Below are positions 12,301-40,679 of a stretch of 64,000 bases of DNA, in pieces. The notes under the pieces were generated by a model. The model was not told the origin of the DNA and did no database searches. It saw only the letters and a program-made list of their open reading frames with translations. The stretch is taken from the NCBI GenBank assembly GCA_002269645.1, contig NIVC01003975.1:2957-66956 (forward strand), given 5' to 3'. The stretch's first letter is position 1; each line of letters starts with the position of its first letter. This stretch comes from Macrostomum lignano (taxonomy: Eukaryota). A program made the position numbers and the translations under genes.

Positions 12301-12399
12301 GGCAGGGCGCCCACTAAGATTATTATTCTTTTAGTATCAGGTTTTCTACTAGTATTGTATTTTGCACTGCAATCTAAGTGAGACATAGGCAAGTTAGGT

Positions 12400-12760
12400 G
12401 TTTTCCGGTCCATAGGTTGTCGGCAGTCCTGTCAGTGAATAAAATTCTGCCGCGCCTGGCTTCCATCACATTTCGGGCATTCACCAGCAAGCCAGCAAGC
12501 CCTAATGTACGTCTCTGGTAGCCATTTTCAGAGCAATCATCATGATGCTCAACGTCCCGTGCTGCTGTGGGTTCAGAAATGACCCAGCTTTTGAGGCAGT
12601 TCTGTTGTAGCCGGATGTGACGTACGGAGTTCGCTGCACAATATGATCAATCGTCCAGCGTCCATGCAGCTTTTGTGAGCCGGCCTTCTGTCAGCCACGA
12701 GTTATTTCATGCATGTGGCCGGTTCCACTGTACTTGTTCCATATCCTGTAAGCAATGACA
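12400..12760 (-). mobile_element. Degenerate Tc1/mariner-like transposase fragment
   Basis: Frame-broken translations YRIWNKYSGTG (12730-12750 region; resembles the Tc1 N-terminal HTH end) and ARRGRILFTD (12431-12460; resembles the W.xVLF[ST]DES first catalytic Asp motif); several stops. Confidence 0.45.
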
Positions 12761-13531
12761 CTCCTATCAACCTAAGAGTAAAATTTATCCCTTGAAATCT
12801 TAACTAGGAGTTGGGAGCTAGAAATGTAAGTCGCTCCTTCTTTATATCCTTCTAGGACACGCGCTCCTAAAATCTACTCTTGAAAACGGCAACTCCTAGC
12901 TCCTACTCCCCACTCCTTATTCAATAGCACGCGACAAACCTTAATCATAGAAGCTAGGAGTTAGAACACTCTTAAGGATTTAGGAGTTAAGAGTATTCTT
13001 TAGCACGGGACCCATGCGCTGAAGTCATTTCCGACGAGGGTTTTCTTTAGGGAAACTTTAGTTAAAAAAGAGTCTGTCACTTTGCCATAGACCGTACGGT
13101 TTTGACCATAGACATGCGTATCTACTCGGTACCCGGTATTTCAGATTGCTGGAAAGAAGTGTCTGCCTTAGCTCGCGAAAACCCTATACTACGCCTAACT
13201 TTGGCGCGAGTGTTCTTGCTCGGGCTTGTCACGATCTGGCCGAGTGCAAAGTGCGATTGCAAACAGCGCGTCAAGCAGCGCGTGTCATTTTGACCGACCC
13301 TCCCCGCTTGTAGAGCCGCTAGAGCTGCTCTTTATCGATTGTTATTTTTTTATCTATCTGAGATTCGAGCCCGACCTCTGATACACGCGGCCTCACCCAT
13401 TGGTCAAATAGGTAGCTAGATTTTGTACCGTTTGCAAAGTGAAACATAAAACAACGTTGTGTTTGAGCTTTTCCGCTTCTTCTCTCTTTAGACTAGAAAT
13501 TTTTTCGGCTAGAAGCCACCATTGAGAAACA

Positions 13532-21058
<7,527 letters not shown>

Positions 21059-21164
21059 AGGTGCTCCAAAATCAGCGCGGTCTGCGGCCTCGTCGAGATT
21101 ACCTGCGGAACGAAACACTTGCGACAGAAGCAGTTTTTCCTGTAGTTTTAAAGTTTTCACAGAT

Positions 21165-22090
21165 TTGACTGTAGATTCGGGAGTTTTGACTGTAGATTTG
21201 AGAGTTTCTACCGCAATTTTAAAGAGTTTTGACTGTAGATTTGAGAGTTTCTACCGCAATTTTAAAGAGTTTTGACTGTAGATTTGAGAGTTTCTACCGC
21301 AATTTTAAAGAGTTTTGACTGTAGATTTGAGAGTTTCTACCGCAATTTTAAAGAGTTTTGACTGTAGATTTGAGAGTTTCTACCGCAATTTTAAAGAGTT
21401 TTGACTGTAGATTTGAGAGTTTCTACCGCAATTTTAAAGAGTTTTGACTGTAGATTTGAGAGTTTCTACCGCAATTTTAAAGAGTTTTGACTGTAGATTT
21501 GAGAGTTTCTACCGCAATTTTAAAGAGTTTTGACTGTAGATTTGAGAGTTTCTACCGCAATTTTAAAGAGTTTTGACTGTAGATTTGAGAGTTTCTACCG
21601 CAATTTTAAAGAGTTTTGACTGTAGATTTGAGAGTTTCTACCGCAATTTTAAAGAGTTTTGACTGTAGATTTGAGAGTTTCTACCGCAATTTTAAAGAGT
21701 TTTGACTGTAGATTTGAGAGTTTCTACCGCAATTTTAAAGAGTTTTGACTGTAGATTTGAGAGTTTCTACCGCAATTTTAAAGAGTTTTGACTGTAGATT
21801 TGAGAGTTTCTACCGCAATTTTAAAGAGTTTTGACTGTAGATTTGAGAGTTTCTACCGCAATTTTAAAGAGTTTTGACTGTAGATTTGAGAGTTTCTACC
21901 GCAATTTTAAAGAGTTTTGACTGTAGATTTGTGAGTTTCTACCGCAATTTAGTGAGTTTTGACTGTAGATTTGAGAGTTTCTACCGCAATTTTGTGAGTT
22001 TTGACTGTAGATTTGAGAGTTTCTACCGCAATTTTAAAGAGTTTTGACTGTAGATTTGTGAGTTTCTACCGCAATTTTGGGAGCTTTGAC
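21165..22090. repeat. 43-bp minisatellite, ~21 mostly identical copies, just downstream of the PiT stop codon
   Basis: Unit GAGTTTTGACTGTAGATTTGAGAGTTTCTACCGCAATTTTAAA; degenerates at the 3' edge. Confidence 0.97.
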
Positions 22091-22571
22091 TGTAGATTTG
22101 GGAGCTTTGAATGTAAATTTAACAGCTTTGACTGTATTTTTAAAATTTTGACTGGAGATTTTGAAGATTTGACTGTGGATTTGAATGTTTTGACAGATTT
22201 CGGGATATCCATAAACCAGCCATAAGATTATTCAGGTTATATGTAGCGGGCCCATAATTTAGCTTGCAGCACCTGCAAATGACAGTCCGGGAACAAACAG
22301 GAAATCGTCTTTTAACATGTGAGCAGGCTTGCTTGAAGGAATTTACGAGTGAGGTTACGAGTTCTGCAATTACAATCCCTCTTGTACCGATTTTCAACCT
22401 AAAATTAGCTCCGGCAGTATCTATCCATTGCTAAATATACATGTATTTGCATTCTGCGCACGGAATAAAGAGCAACATTCTGTACATTGCGCTCGATTGT
22501 GAACAATAATAGAATCTGCTTTTCTGCGCTTGCAACTTTTTCTGGACAGATTATTGACATTCACAAATACT

Positions 22572-22647
22572 CCTGTCTGTCTGTCTGTCCGTGTGTCTGT
22601 CTGTCTGACTGTGTGTCTGTCTGTCTCTCTATCTGTTTGTCTTTCTT

Positions 22648-22701
<54 letters not shown>

Positions 22702-22705
22702 CGTG

Positions 22706-22756
<51 letters not shown>

Positions 22757-22841
22757 GTCCGTCTGTCTGTCTGTCTGTCTGTCTGTATCCGTCTGTCTGT
22801 CTGTCTGTCTGTCCGTGTGTCTGTCTGTCTGGCTGTGTCTC

Positions 22842-22878
<37 letters not shown>

Positions 22879-23057
22879 GTCCGTCTGTCTGTCTGTCTGT
22901 CTGTATCCGTCTGTCTGTCCGTGTGTCTGTCTGTCTGTCTGTGTCTCTCTGTCTGTCTGTCTGTCTGCCTGTCTGTCTGTCTGTCTGTGTCCGTCTGTCT
23001 GTCTGTCTGTATCCGTCTGTCTGTCTGTCTGTCCGTGTGTCTGTCTGTCTGTGTCTC

Positions 23058-23103
<46 letters not shown>

Positions 23104-23243
23104 CGTGTGTCTGTCTGTCTATCTGTGTCTCTCTGTCTGTCTGTCTGTCTGTCTGTGTCCGTCTGTCTGTCTGTCTGTCTGTCTGTCTGTATCCGTCTCT
23201 GTCTGTCTGTCTGTCCGTGTGTCTGTCTGTCTGGCTGTGTCTC

Positions 23244-23280
<37 letters not shown>

Positions 23281-23625
23281 GTCCGTCTGTCTGTCTGTCT
23301 GTCTGTATCCGTCTGTCTGTCTGTCTGTCCGTGTGTCTGTCTGTCTGTCTGTGTCTCTCTGTCTGTCTGTCTGTCTGCCTGTCTGTCTGTCTGTCTGTGT
23401 CCGTCTGTCTGTCTGTCTGTATCCGTCTGTCTGTCTGTCTGTCCGTGTGTCTGTCTGTCTGTGTCTCTCTGTCTGTCTGTCTATCTGTCTGTCTGTCTGT
23501 CTGTCTGTCCGTGTGTCTGTCTGTCTATCTGTGTCTCTCTGTCTGTCTGTCTGTCTGTGTGTCCATCTGTGTGTCTGTCTGTCTGACTGTGTGGCTGTCT
23601 GTCTCTCTATCTGTTTGTCTTTCTT

Positions 23626-23691
<66 letters not shown>

Positions 23692-23695
23692 CGTG

Positions 23696-23732
<37 letters not shown>

Positions 23733-23746
23733 GTCTGTCTGTGTCC

Positions 23747-23780
<34 letters not shown>

Positions 23781-24021
23781 ATCCGTCTGTCTGTCTGTCT
23801 GTCTGTCTGTCTGTGTCCGTCTGTCTGTCTGTCTGTCTGTATCCGTCTGTCTGTCTGTCTGTCCGTGTGTCTGTCTGTCTGTCTGTGTCTCTCTGTCTGT
23901 CTGTCTGTCTGCCTGTCTGTCTGTCTGTCTGTGTCCGTCTGTCTGTCTGTCTGTCTGTATCCGTCTGTCTGTCTGTCTGTCCGTGTGTCTGTCTGTCTGT
24001 GTCTCTCTGTCTGTCTGTCTA

Positions 24022-24054
<33 letters not shown>

Positions 24055-24120
24055 GTGTCCATCTGTGTGTCTGTCTGTCTGTGTGTCCATCTGTGTGTCT
24101 GTGTATCTGTCCGTCTGTCT
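22572..24120. repeat. Complex (TCTG)n microsatellite, 1.55 kb
   Basis: TCTG array with recurrent interruptions (gtccgt, gtatccgt, ctctct) in duplicated blocks. Confidence 0.97.
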
Positions 24121-25073
24121 AGCAAAAGCAACACTAAAAAGCGCAACACACTGGGAAGGCACTAACAAGTTTGAACAATGCAAGTAAAATCTGACTCCAG
24201 CCGATGGGTTGGGCTGAAAAATATTCCTTTATATTGTTAGCCGTGGCTCTGATGCCCAAGCTAATTACAAATAGAGCGCAGAGGGAAATTCTAAGAAATA
24301 TACACCTACAAAATGAATAATCTTTGAAAACAAAATATTCAATCTCTGGTCGAACAACACAAATTTCTGATTTGGTTCCAGCAATTAATCAGTGTTCATT
24401 CTACACAGAGAATACGCAGTGAACTTTGCTCGCCAACAAAAATATGTCAATTTGTTCTGCCTAATCGGGAACACCAAAGCTCCGAGAGAAAAAAATCTGC
24501 CAGAAAATGTCGCCAAAAATATAGTTTTAAAATCCTTCAGAAAAAATGTAATGCGCAGAAACAAGCAGCTTTAGCAAAAAAAAATAATATTTGTAATAAG
24601 CGACAAGGCTTCACAGAGGAACAGTGTGACGACAAAATGAGAGCTGACAAAATTAAATGTAAGCATAAATTTTTACATCCATACGCAGCGTATACTACTT
24701 ACAATATATCAAGTGAGTAGTATGAGTATGACGCAATCGCGAAAAGTAAATGATAGAAAAATAAATAAATATATCAGAACTATACAAAACAGCCGCAGAA
24801 GGTAGAAGGCAATAAAATTCCTGCTCAAAAATTTAAACACCCTCACGAGACCCATAATTAAGTTGTAAAGTTGAAGAGATCAAAAATATAATAGGCACTC
24901 TCTACTGCTATAAGGCACTGACATGAAAATGATAAAATATTTTATTACCAAAGCGAGGGACGGAAAAAAGATAAGAAAATTTCATACATAAAACAGACCG
25001 TCACCTCAGATAATATTTAAATAGCTACTACTAACTACTTAGGGCAGTAGTGCAAGCGCGTGCGAGTGCAGTT

Positions 25074-32885
<7,812 letters not shown>

Positions 32886-33521
32886 CTGGGCAGCAGGACT
32901 AGCCGTGTCTGACACGGCTACCTTGGCTGTTGTCTGATTTTCAATGTTTGCGTCTTTGTCTTTATTATTGGCTTTTTCAGCAATCAGCTTTTGCCGCGGT
33001 CGCGAAGGCTGGACATCATAAAATGCAGAATTACAATGTAATTGTGCCTAGGAAAAAAGTGATAGCAACGATTCCTACTAAATTCTATAGTCTATTTTTA
33101 GAATCAAACCTGGAAAGCTACTAACGTCAGATTCTATTTTTAGAACCAACCCTGAAAAGCCACTGACGTCAGATTCTATTTTTAGAATCAAACCTGGAAA
33201 GCTACTAACGTCAGATTCTATTTTTAGAATCAAACTCCAAGTTATAGAATCGACCCTAGAAGTTATTGACTTCAGTATCTATGATGTATTTAGATGAAAC
33301 GCAGCTTATGAACATAAATTATGTTTATCAAATCAAAGGTTAAATTGAAAAAAATCACAGCACACATACTATTAAAGCTGGCGAGAACTTAAGATAATTC
33401 TTATAAATAAAATGCTTTGTATTTATTAATCGCAACTTTCGTAAAGAAACGCTGTTGGATATTAAATGAAATCAGAGGTCAGGATAACACATTAAATGTC
33501 AGTTTCAATAGCTGGTATAAT

Positions 33522-36500
33522 TCAAGCGTCCTCAGTGGCCACATTAGCCTGAGCAGGGGCATAATACAGGCCCTGTTTGACGTGCAGGCGCAGTCGCAGT
33601 TGATCCGGACCGCTGAACACGCCGCTAGCAAAGCCGGGACAACGGCAGGCGGCTTCAACTACGGCAAATTTGCTGACGGCCGATTCGTGAGTAGATTCGG
33701 TCCGACGGTCGAGTAGGAATTCTAGGAGGCTGGGCTCTGCTGCGATGAGGCTGGCAGCCCAGTCCTGTGTTGGCGATGGCATTTGAAACAGTAAGGATAA
33801 TAGTCGCTAGTCAATGTACACAATCTCAAATTACTCTATACTCTGTAATATAGAAAGAAGAAAAAATAATTTTATAACTACTTTATAGAAGCCTAAGACG
33901 TCAGCTTCTATTTTTAGAACTAACCTATACTATATGACGTCTGATTCTATTTTTAGAACTAACCAATAAAATATGTCGTCAGTTTCTATTTTTAGAACTA
34001 GTGGCCTATACTAGCTTTTATTTTTAGAACTAACCTATACTATATGACGTCTGATTCTATTTTTAGAACTAGTGGCTTATACTATATGACGTCAGTTTCT
34101 TTTTTGAACTAACCTACAATATATGACGCCAGTTTTTATTTTTTTAATTAACCTTTTGTGGCGGCCAGACTGTACGCGACCGGCAGCACCAGTGCAGCCG
34201 CACTGGAAACCCTCCAACCTCTGTCTAGCTGAGGTGGGGTGGTTGCGCACCAGGCTAGCCGGCTCGCTAAGCCAAGGGGGTTGGCGTAGCCTATCACGCC
34301 ACGCCACCTGTTCGCACCTTCCTTGGGCCCTCATGAATCTCGCGCAGTTTGTGTGAATATAAATATATGCGCAAAGCAGCACAAAACTCTTCGCTGCCAT
34401 TCTATCTATTGAACTAATTAAGGCCTTACGCCTCACTATACTATATGACGTGAGTTTCTATTTTTAGAACTAACCTACATTATATGACGTCAGTTTCTAT
34501 TTTTAGAACTAACCTACACTATATGACGTCAGTTTCTATTTTTAGAACTAACCTACACTATATGACGTTAGTTTCTTTTTTAGAACTAACCTACACTATA
34601 TGACGTCAGTTTCTATGTTTAACAATAAAAAGGGAATCTACAACCGACACAACAGGCAATATATATTAATAATGAATCTAACCTGTTCCGCAATAGCAGC
34701 CAGCAGCCCGAACGCTTCTAATCGAATTTCCGGAAACGGCACCCGCGCAAGTTTTTCAATCTCGGCCAAACGCAAACTAAGCGGACCGGACCAGAGTCGC
34801 TCGGCCACCGTGGCGGCTTCTGATCGCTCGGCAGCGGACCAGTCGCCGTTCACCTTGAGAAGGTCTCGAATGGCCGCCAAAGCTCGGGCGCGCGGCTCCG
34901 AACGAGGCGAACGCCGGAGAATCTCGGCCAGTGGCCGCACCAGCTCCGGCCGGGCCAAAGCGGCCGATTTTCCGGCGACCGAGCCGGCGCCAATGTGTCC
35001 GACGGTTGCCATGGCAACGAAAGCATCCTGATCGGTCGAGGAGTTCGAAGCTAGTCCGTCCTGCAGGCTGGCTAAAAATCCCGGACAGGCAGACAGGACA
35101 GCGTCCGGGTTGGGAGCGGCGGCGGTCACGTGACCAAACAGACGCATCAGCTGCGGCCTGAGCAGCGAGGCGATGACGTCACCGCCGCTGGGTGACAGGA
35201 GTCGATCAAGGCGAAATAGAAGGCCTGATCTAAAGATAACAAGACTGACTACTCAGAGATGATGATGTTAATCTAAATCTTAAGATTTACTACAATCATT
35301 CTAAAGGGTTCCCGATTATTCATGTAACTCTTTAGATGATAAATTTAAGTACCTGAATTATCTATACAATTTCCTAGATTATTAACCTAAATTCCCAGAT
35401 TATCAACCTAAATCCCTAGATTATAAACCTAAATTTCCAGATGATCAACCTAAATCCCCAGATTATCAACCTAAATTCCCAGATTATCAACCTAAATTCC
35501 CAGATTATCAACCAAAATTCCCAGATTATCAAACTAAATCCCCAGATTATCAACCTAAATTCCCAGATTATCAACCTAAATTTCCAGATTATCAACCAAA
35601 ATTCCCAGATTATTAACCTAAATTCCCAGATTATCAACCTAAATCCCCAGATGATCAACCTAAATTCCCAGATGGTCAACCTAAATCCCCAGATGATAAA
35701 CCTAAATACCCAGATGATCAACCTAAATTCCCAGATTATCAACCTAAATTCCCAGATTATCAACCTAAATTCCCAGATGATCAACCTAAATCCCCAGATT
35801 ATCAACCTAAATCCCCAGATTATCAAGCTAAATCTCTAGATGGCGAATCCCGGATCCCCAGTCTCACCTCTGCAGCCAGGCCAGCCCGTGATGACACATG
35901 GCCAGCAGCCCCAGCACCTCTAGACAATTAACCGCCAGCAGAGGATCAGAGCCGATCCCAGATCCGCCCTCCGTTCCAACAGCGTCTTCAACTAATCGTC
36001 CCAATAGGCCAGCCGTTTCCATAGCAACCAACGCGGCCGGATTTCTAACCGCCAATCTGGCCGCCAATTCCAAGCCGCGCATTCGAACAACCGGGCTCTC
36101 GCGGCGGCACACCCGATCGGCGAATACGTTGGACAGGTCGCCGGACAGCAGCCGACAATCCAGCCCGTTGCTGCGGCCGCCGGAGGCTGCGGCCAGCCAA
36201 AATTTTGACGCAGACACGGCTAATGAAACTCCTTCATCATCGTCGCCTTCGCCTTCGCCGAGCAGATTGGCGAGGCAGCGGAGTAGGCCGTGATTCCAGG
36301 CTATTTCGGAATCTGAATCCGACTGAAATCATTGGATTAATGAAAACCGATATAATAGATGCTTTGTTGAGATCCCACATCCTGGAGTGCTGAGATCCCA
36401 CATCCTAGTGTTGAGATCCCCCATACTGGAGTTTTGAGATCCCACATCCTAGTGTTGAGATCCAACATCATGGAATGTTGAGATCCCACATCCTGGAGTG

Positions 36501-38115
36501 TTGAGATCCCACATCCTGGAGTGTTGAGATCCCCCATACTGGAGTGTTGAGCTCCCACATCCTAGTGTTGAGATCCCACACCCTGGAGCGTTGAGATCCC
36601 ACATCCTGGAGTGTTGAGATCCCACACCCTGGAGCGTTGAGATCCCACATCCTGGAGTGTTGAGATCCCACATCCTAGTGTTGAGATCCAACATCATGGA
36701 GTGTTGAGATCCCACATCATGGAGTGTTGAGATCCCACATCCTGGAGTGTTGAGATCCCACATCCTGGAGTGTTGAGATCCCACATCCTAGTGTTGAGAT
36801 CCCACATCCTGGAGTGTTGAGATCCCACATCCTGGAGTGTTGAGATCCCACATCCTGGAGTGTTGAGATCCCACATCCTAGTGTTGAGATCCCCCATACT
36901 GGAGTTTTGAGATCCCACATCCTAGTGTTGAGATCCAACATCATGGAGTGTTGAGATCCCACATCCTAGTGTTGAGATCCAACATCCTGGAGTGTTGAGA
37001 TCCCCCATACTGGAGTGTTGAGATCCCACATCCGAGTGTTGAGATCCCACATCCTGGAGTGTTAAGATCCCACATCCTGGAGTGTTGAGATCCCACATCC
37101 TGGAGTGTTGAGATCCCACATCCTGGAGTGTTGAGATCCCACATCCTGGAGTGTTGAGATCCCACATCCTAGTGTTGAGATCCCCCATACTGGAGTTCTG
37201 AGATCCCACATCCTAGTGTTGAGATCCAACATCATGGAGCGTTGAGATCCCACATCCTGGAGTGTTGAGACTTGAGATCCCACATCCTAGTGTTGAGATC
37301 CAACATCATGGAGTGTTGAGATCCCACATCCTGGAGTGTTGAGATCCCACATCCTAGTGTTGAGATCCAACATCGTGGAGCGTTGAGATCCCACATCCTG
37401 GAGCGTTGAGATGCCACATCCTGGAGAGTTGAGATCCCACATCCTGGAGTGTTGAGATCCCACATCCTGGAGTGTTGAGATCCCACATCCTGGAGTGTTG
37501 AGATCCCACATCCTGGAGTGTTGAAATCCCACATCCTAGTGTTGAGATCCCCCATACTGGAGTGTTGAGATCCCACATCCTAGTGTTGAGTGTTGAGATA
37601 CCACATCCTGGAGTGTTGGGATCCCACATCCTGGAGTGTTGTGATCCCACACTCTGGAGTGTTGAGATCCCACATGCTAGAGTGTTAAGATCCCACATCC
37701 TAGAATGCTGAGATCCCACAGCCTGGAGTGTTGAGATCCCACATCATCCCACATCTGTGATTATTATTCTAAACTAAATCTAAACCACAATCGCATAACC
37801 CAGACTCCACACCTGAGCAGTCTTCTCGGCAGCTTCAGTCAGTCGGTGCACGCAAAACACCCGAGCCTCGATGCTTTTGCAGCCGTCTAGAGCGCGCAGG
37901 AACTCCGCCTGCCGTTTGGCCGACAAGGAGCCACCTTTGGGGTCGAGCGGCGGCCTACTGGTCAACAGCAGGCTGCCAATGTCACGCAGCGTGTCCACCA
38001 GTGTCGACTTTGACAAATCAGCTGATGTAGAATTCAACAGACAAGCCTCAACGCAATGAGCCAAATCGAATAAATCGATTCTATCCAGGCAGGTTCGAAC
38101 CTGGGACCTATCCAT
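33522..38115 (-). CDS. PSMD5: 26S proteasome non-ATPase regulatory subunit 5 (S5b, base assembly chaperone), 4 exons, 515 aa
   Basis: Exons 38115-37813, 36322-35868, 35229-34683, 33764-33522; GT-AG, phases consistent (1548 nt). C-terminus ARVPFPEIRLEAFGLLAAIAEQDWAASLIAAEPSLLEFLLDRRTESTHESAVSKF...LRLRLHVKQGLYY matches PSMD5 (QPW..KLMF.SPGFVEY.VDRSVE.DK.SK.AKY...YLRL..YL.EGPYY). Confidence 0.88.
33890..34620. repeat. ~39-bp AT-rich repeat (CTATATGACGTCAGTTTCTATTTTTAGAACTAACCTACA), PSMD5 intron 3; related copies at 33090-33280
   Basis: Degenerate units interrupted by a GC-rich island at 34158-34350; TGACGTCA at 34087, 34485, 34524, 34601 and 33164. Confidence 0.85.
35370..35840. repeat. 21-bp minisatellite (CCTAAATTCCCAGATTATCAA), PSMD5 intron 2
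   Basis: About 22 units. Confidence 0.95.
36370..37745. repeat. 21/23-bp minisatellite (GAGTGTTGAGATCCCACATCCTG), PSMD5 intron 1
   Basis: About 60 units filling nearly the whole intron. Confidence 0.97.
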
Positions 38116-40208
38116 TTCGACTAGCTGTCTGTTAAATTGAGTAAATATCGATTATAACAGTATTGAAACTAATTTAAATAATGGCGATATGCATGGCAAC
38201 ACAAGTACTGAATATCTTGCAGAGACTCACTTGTACAAAACAATTGCCTCATCAGCATTGTTCGAATTGTTGCCATGCAAAACAAGGCTCTTTAAGCGGT
38301 CACACAGATTGTCTGTTTCAGACATGAGTGCTGAAGGTGGTGGACAAATTAATTTGTGCACATTTTGTATCGATTGGCCTATAATCTGATATTAATAATA
38401 TATTACATTTATTCAAAAACCTATATTAAACACAATATAAACAGGCATCTAGATATCAAACTGTATATAAATTAAATAAAAACATTGAAATTTTAGTATA
38501 TTGGATGGTCTAATCCTCTTCAAAATTACAAATGCTAATGTTTACAAATGTAGAAAGCCATAGTAAGGAAGGTGGCACAGTGTGAATCAAAACATTTTTT
38601 ATGTACCATCTATGCATTGTTTATTATGTTCTAAACTGTAAAATGATAAACTGGTTAAAAACCATAAAAAACTAGACACCTTGGTTAATTATTGGGTTTA
38701 GATTAAAGATGAAAAATAAGACAAACAAAAAATTTAAAACAAAAATAGAGCTCCATAGCAAAAAATTGCATAAAGTGTTATACTCTACAGAGTTCCATAG
38801 CTTACACTTTTTGAAATTTCAATACTTTTTGGCTTTGTTTAATTGTTAGCTTTGCACAATATTTAAATTTAATTGTTTTTTCTAATAATTTACTAGTACA
38901 ATTTTATTTACTTTATTATTTTTTCAATGAGCCCTTTACTGAAAAACCACTTTTTATTGATAATGAAACATCCATTCACTAAAATGTCTCAATGTAATCT
39001 ATAAACATATAAAAATTATACATTTGGATATGCAAGTTAGAATAAGAAATAATTATATGTTTTATATCAATTATGCCCAAAAAATTGTGCAATACATATA
39101 TTAAAGATGTTTTGCGCCAAATGCACCAAGGACCTCTTGTATGCATTGTGATTATATACAGAGTATGATTGTGTACTAAGTGCATCTTGGACCCCTTGTG
39201 TAGACTAGAATTTTCTCTGGCAAAGGCCATCTTTCTGACTATAGGTAGAAAGTATAGGAGCACATGCAAGAGAGGGGTTGCAGCCCCTACGAGCAAGGGA
39301 AAGAATAGGTAGATGTCTAGTCCAAAAAGAAGGTTCTTAGTATAGTTGATATTGGCTATAATCTATAATCTGAAAGATAGGGCCTAGCCTTTATGTTGAA
39401 AAAGTCTAGTATATTTTTGCCCTTTTTTGACAATCTTGGTATATATACTTTTTAGGTCCTATATTAGTCTACACATGGCATACAAAAATAGCCAAGTTTA
39501 GGCTTAGTGTATATGGTGCAACTAAATTAAATATTAATCAAAGAAAGCTCTTTAAAACTAAAAAGAAAACTAAAATAAAAAATAATAATGCAACTTATAA
39601 GGAAAAAATAAAATAAAGAGTAATAGCTCTCAAAAATAGACATTTTAAGGTTTATTAAAACTCTTTTTTGAAAGAATATACTGTACACAAAGTTGGCTTA
39701 TAAGCAATTTTACTTTGATATATTTTTTATTAAATTTACATTGGTGCAGATTAAAAACTAGGATTTTCACTATAGTATATGCTGCCTTTCAAGTTTCAAG
39801 TTGCTGGATTGGGTGATGAGCCTTAATGAATTCCAGTTTAAATATTGAACATAGAAATGGCACAAAGCTCACTAGGCCTAGCAGACAGTTGACTGACAGA
39901 AGTTGTTGAAGCAACTATAGAGAAGATGGCATAAGTGCCAACAAAGAAGGCGTGAAAGCCAGTGAATCTGACTATAGTCTATAGAAAGTTTGAATACTAA
40001 GGAAGATAGTGTGAAGCCAAGCAATAGTGAATGTTAAAGAAGGTATAAGTGGTATGGAAAACTATGATAATGAAGAGATGTAGGCTTTGCATCTTACTGA
40101 TTCAGAATCTAGGATTGATTCATTAGTCTTAAGAAAGGAAGGAGTGAAGAGTAGAGTAGATGTGTCAACATAGAGTTCAAGCTTTATCTTATGCAACCAA
40201 ACATGCTT

Positions 40209-40368
40209 GGGCGCAACCTAGGGATTCACCTGGCCACTTCCATTGGCAACACACACATGAAAGTTGCTATTGGATGGAATAGTTAGTCACGTGACTACTT
40301 TCAAGCCAATAGCAACTTACATGTGTGTGTTGCCAATAGAAATGGCCAAGTGATTCCCAAGGTTGCCC
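40209..40368. mobile_element. Palindromic MITE-like element (~160 bp)
   Basis: Arms GCAACCTAGGGATTCACCTGGCCACTTCCATTGGCAACACACACATG..AAGTTGCTATTGG and its imperfect reverse complement; central palindrome TAGTCACGTGACTA. No clear TSD. Confidence 0.7.
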
Positions 40369-40390
40369 ATGTATACAACCAAACCTAGGG

Positions 40391-40679
40391 GGCAATGGCT
40401 AGAATTCCGGCACTGGAACCCATTTTCTAATGGCTACAGATCCGGCAGTGCCATTATAATATAGATGGAACATTATATTTTTCTTTCTAGATGGGGCTAA
40501 TATTGAGATTTTGTTCTAGATAAAAATTTAAGACAATATGATAAGATTTGGGCCGAGATTCTTCTAATATCCAGACTTCTTAGATATGTTCTTAGCAGTC
40601 TTTATATGCTTCTATACGGCATTGCCGGATCCCTAGCTATTAGAAAATGGGTTCCAGTGCCGGAACTCTAGCCATTACC
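40391..40679. mobile_element. MITE with ~60-bp TIRs and a perfect 9-bp TSD (Mutator/MULE-like)
   Basis: TIR GGCAATGGCTAGAATTCCGGCACTGGAACCCATTTTCTAAT versus reverse complement of right end GGTAATGGCTAGAGTTCCGGCACTGGAACCCATTTTCTAAT; AACCTAGGG duplicated at 40382-40390 and 40680-40688. Confidence 0.85.

Noticed and set aside
11827-12381. KRQGRP / WAPLSL repeat ORFs, and similar ORFs at 30776-31302, 35416-35839, 36449-37719, 46030-46850, 50299-50880
   Set aside because: All coincide with minisatellites or CT tracts.
21165-22090. CRISPR-like appearance of the 43-bp and 45-bp arrays
   Set aside because: Units are contiguous with no unique spacers, there are no cas genes, and the context is eukaryotic.
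22487-24187. Long SVCL / TDRQ ORFs
   Set aside because: (TCTG)n microsatellite artefacts.
39900-40200. Fossil coding sequence in the CpG-depleted tract
   Set aside because: Both strands give readable frames, but stop density is about what AT-rich random sequence gives and no family is recognised.
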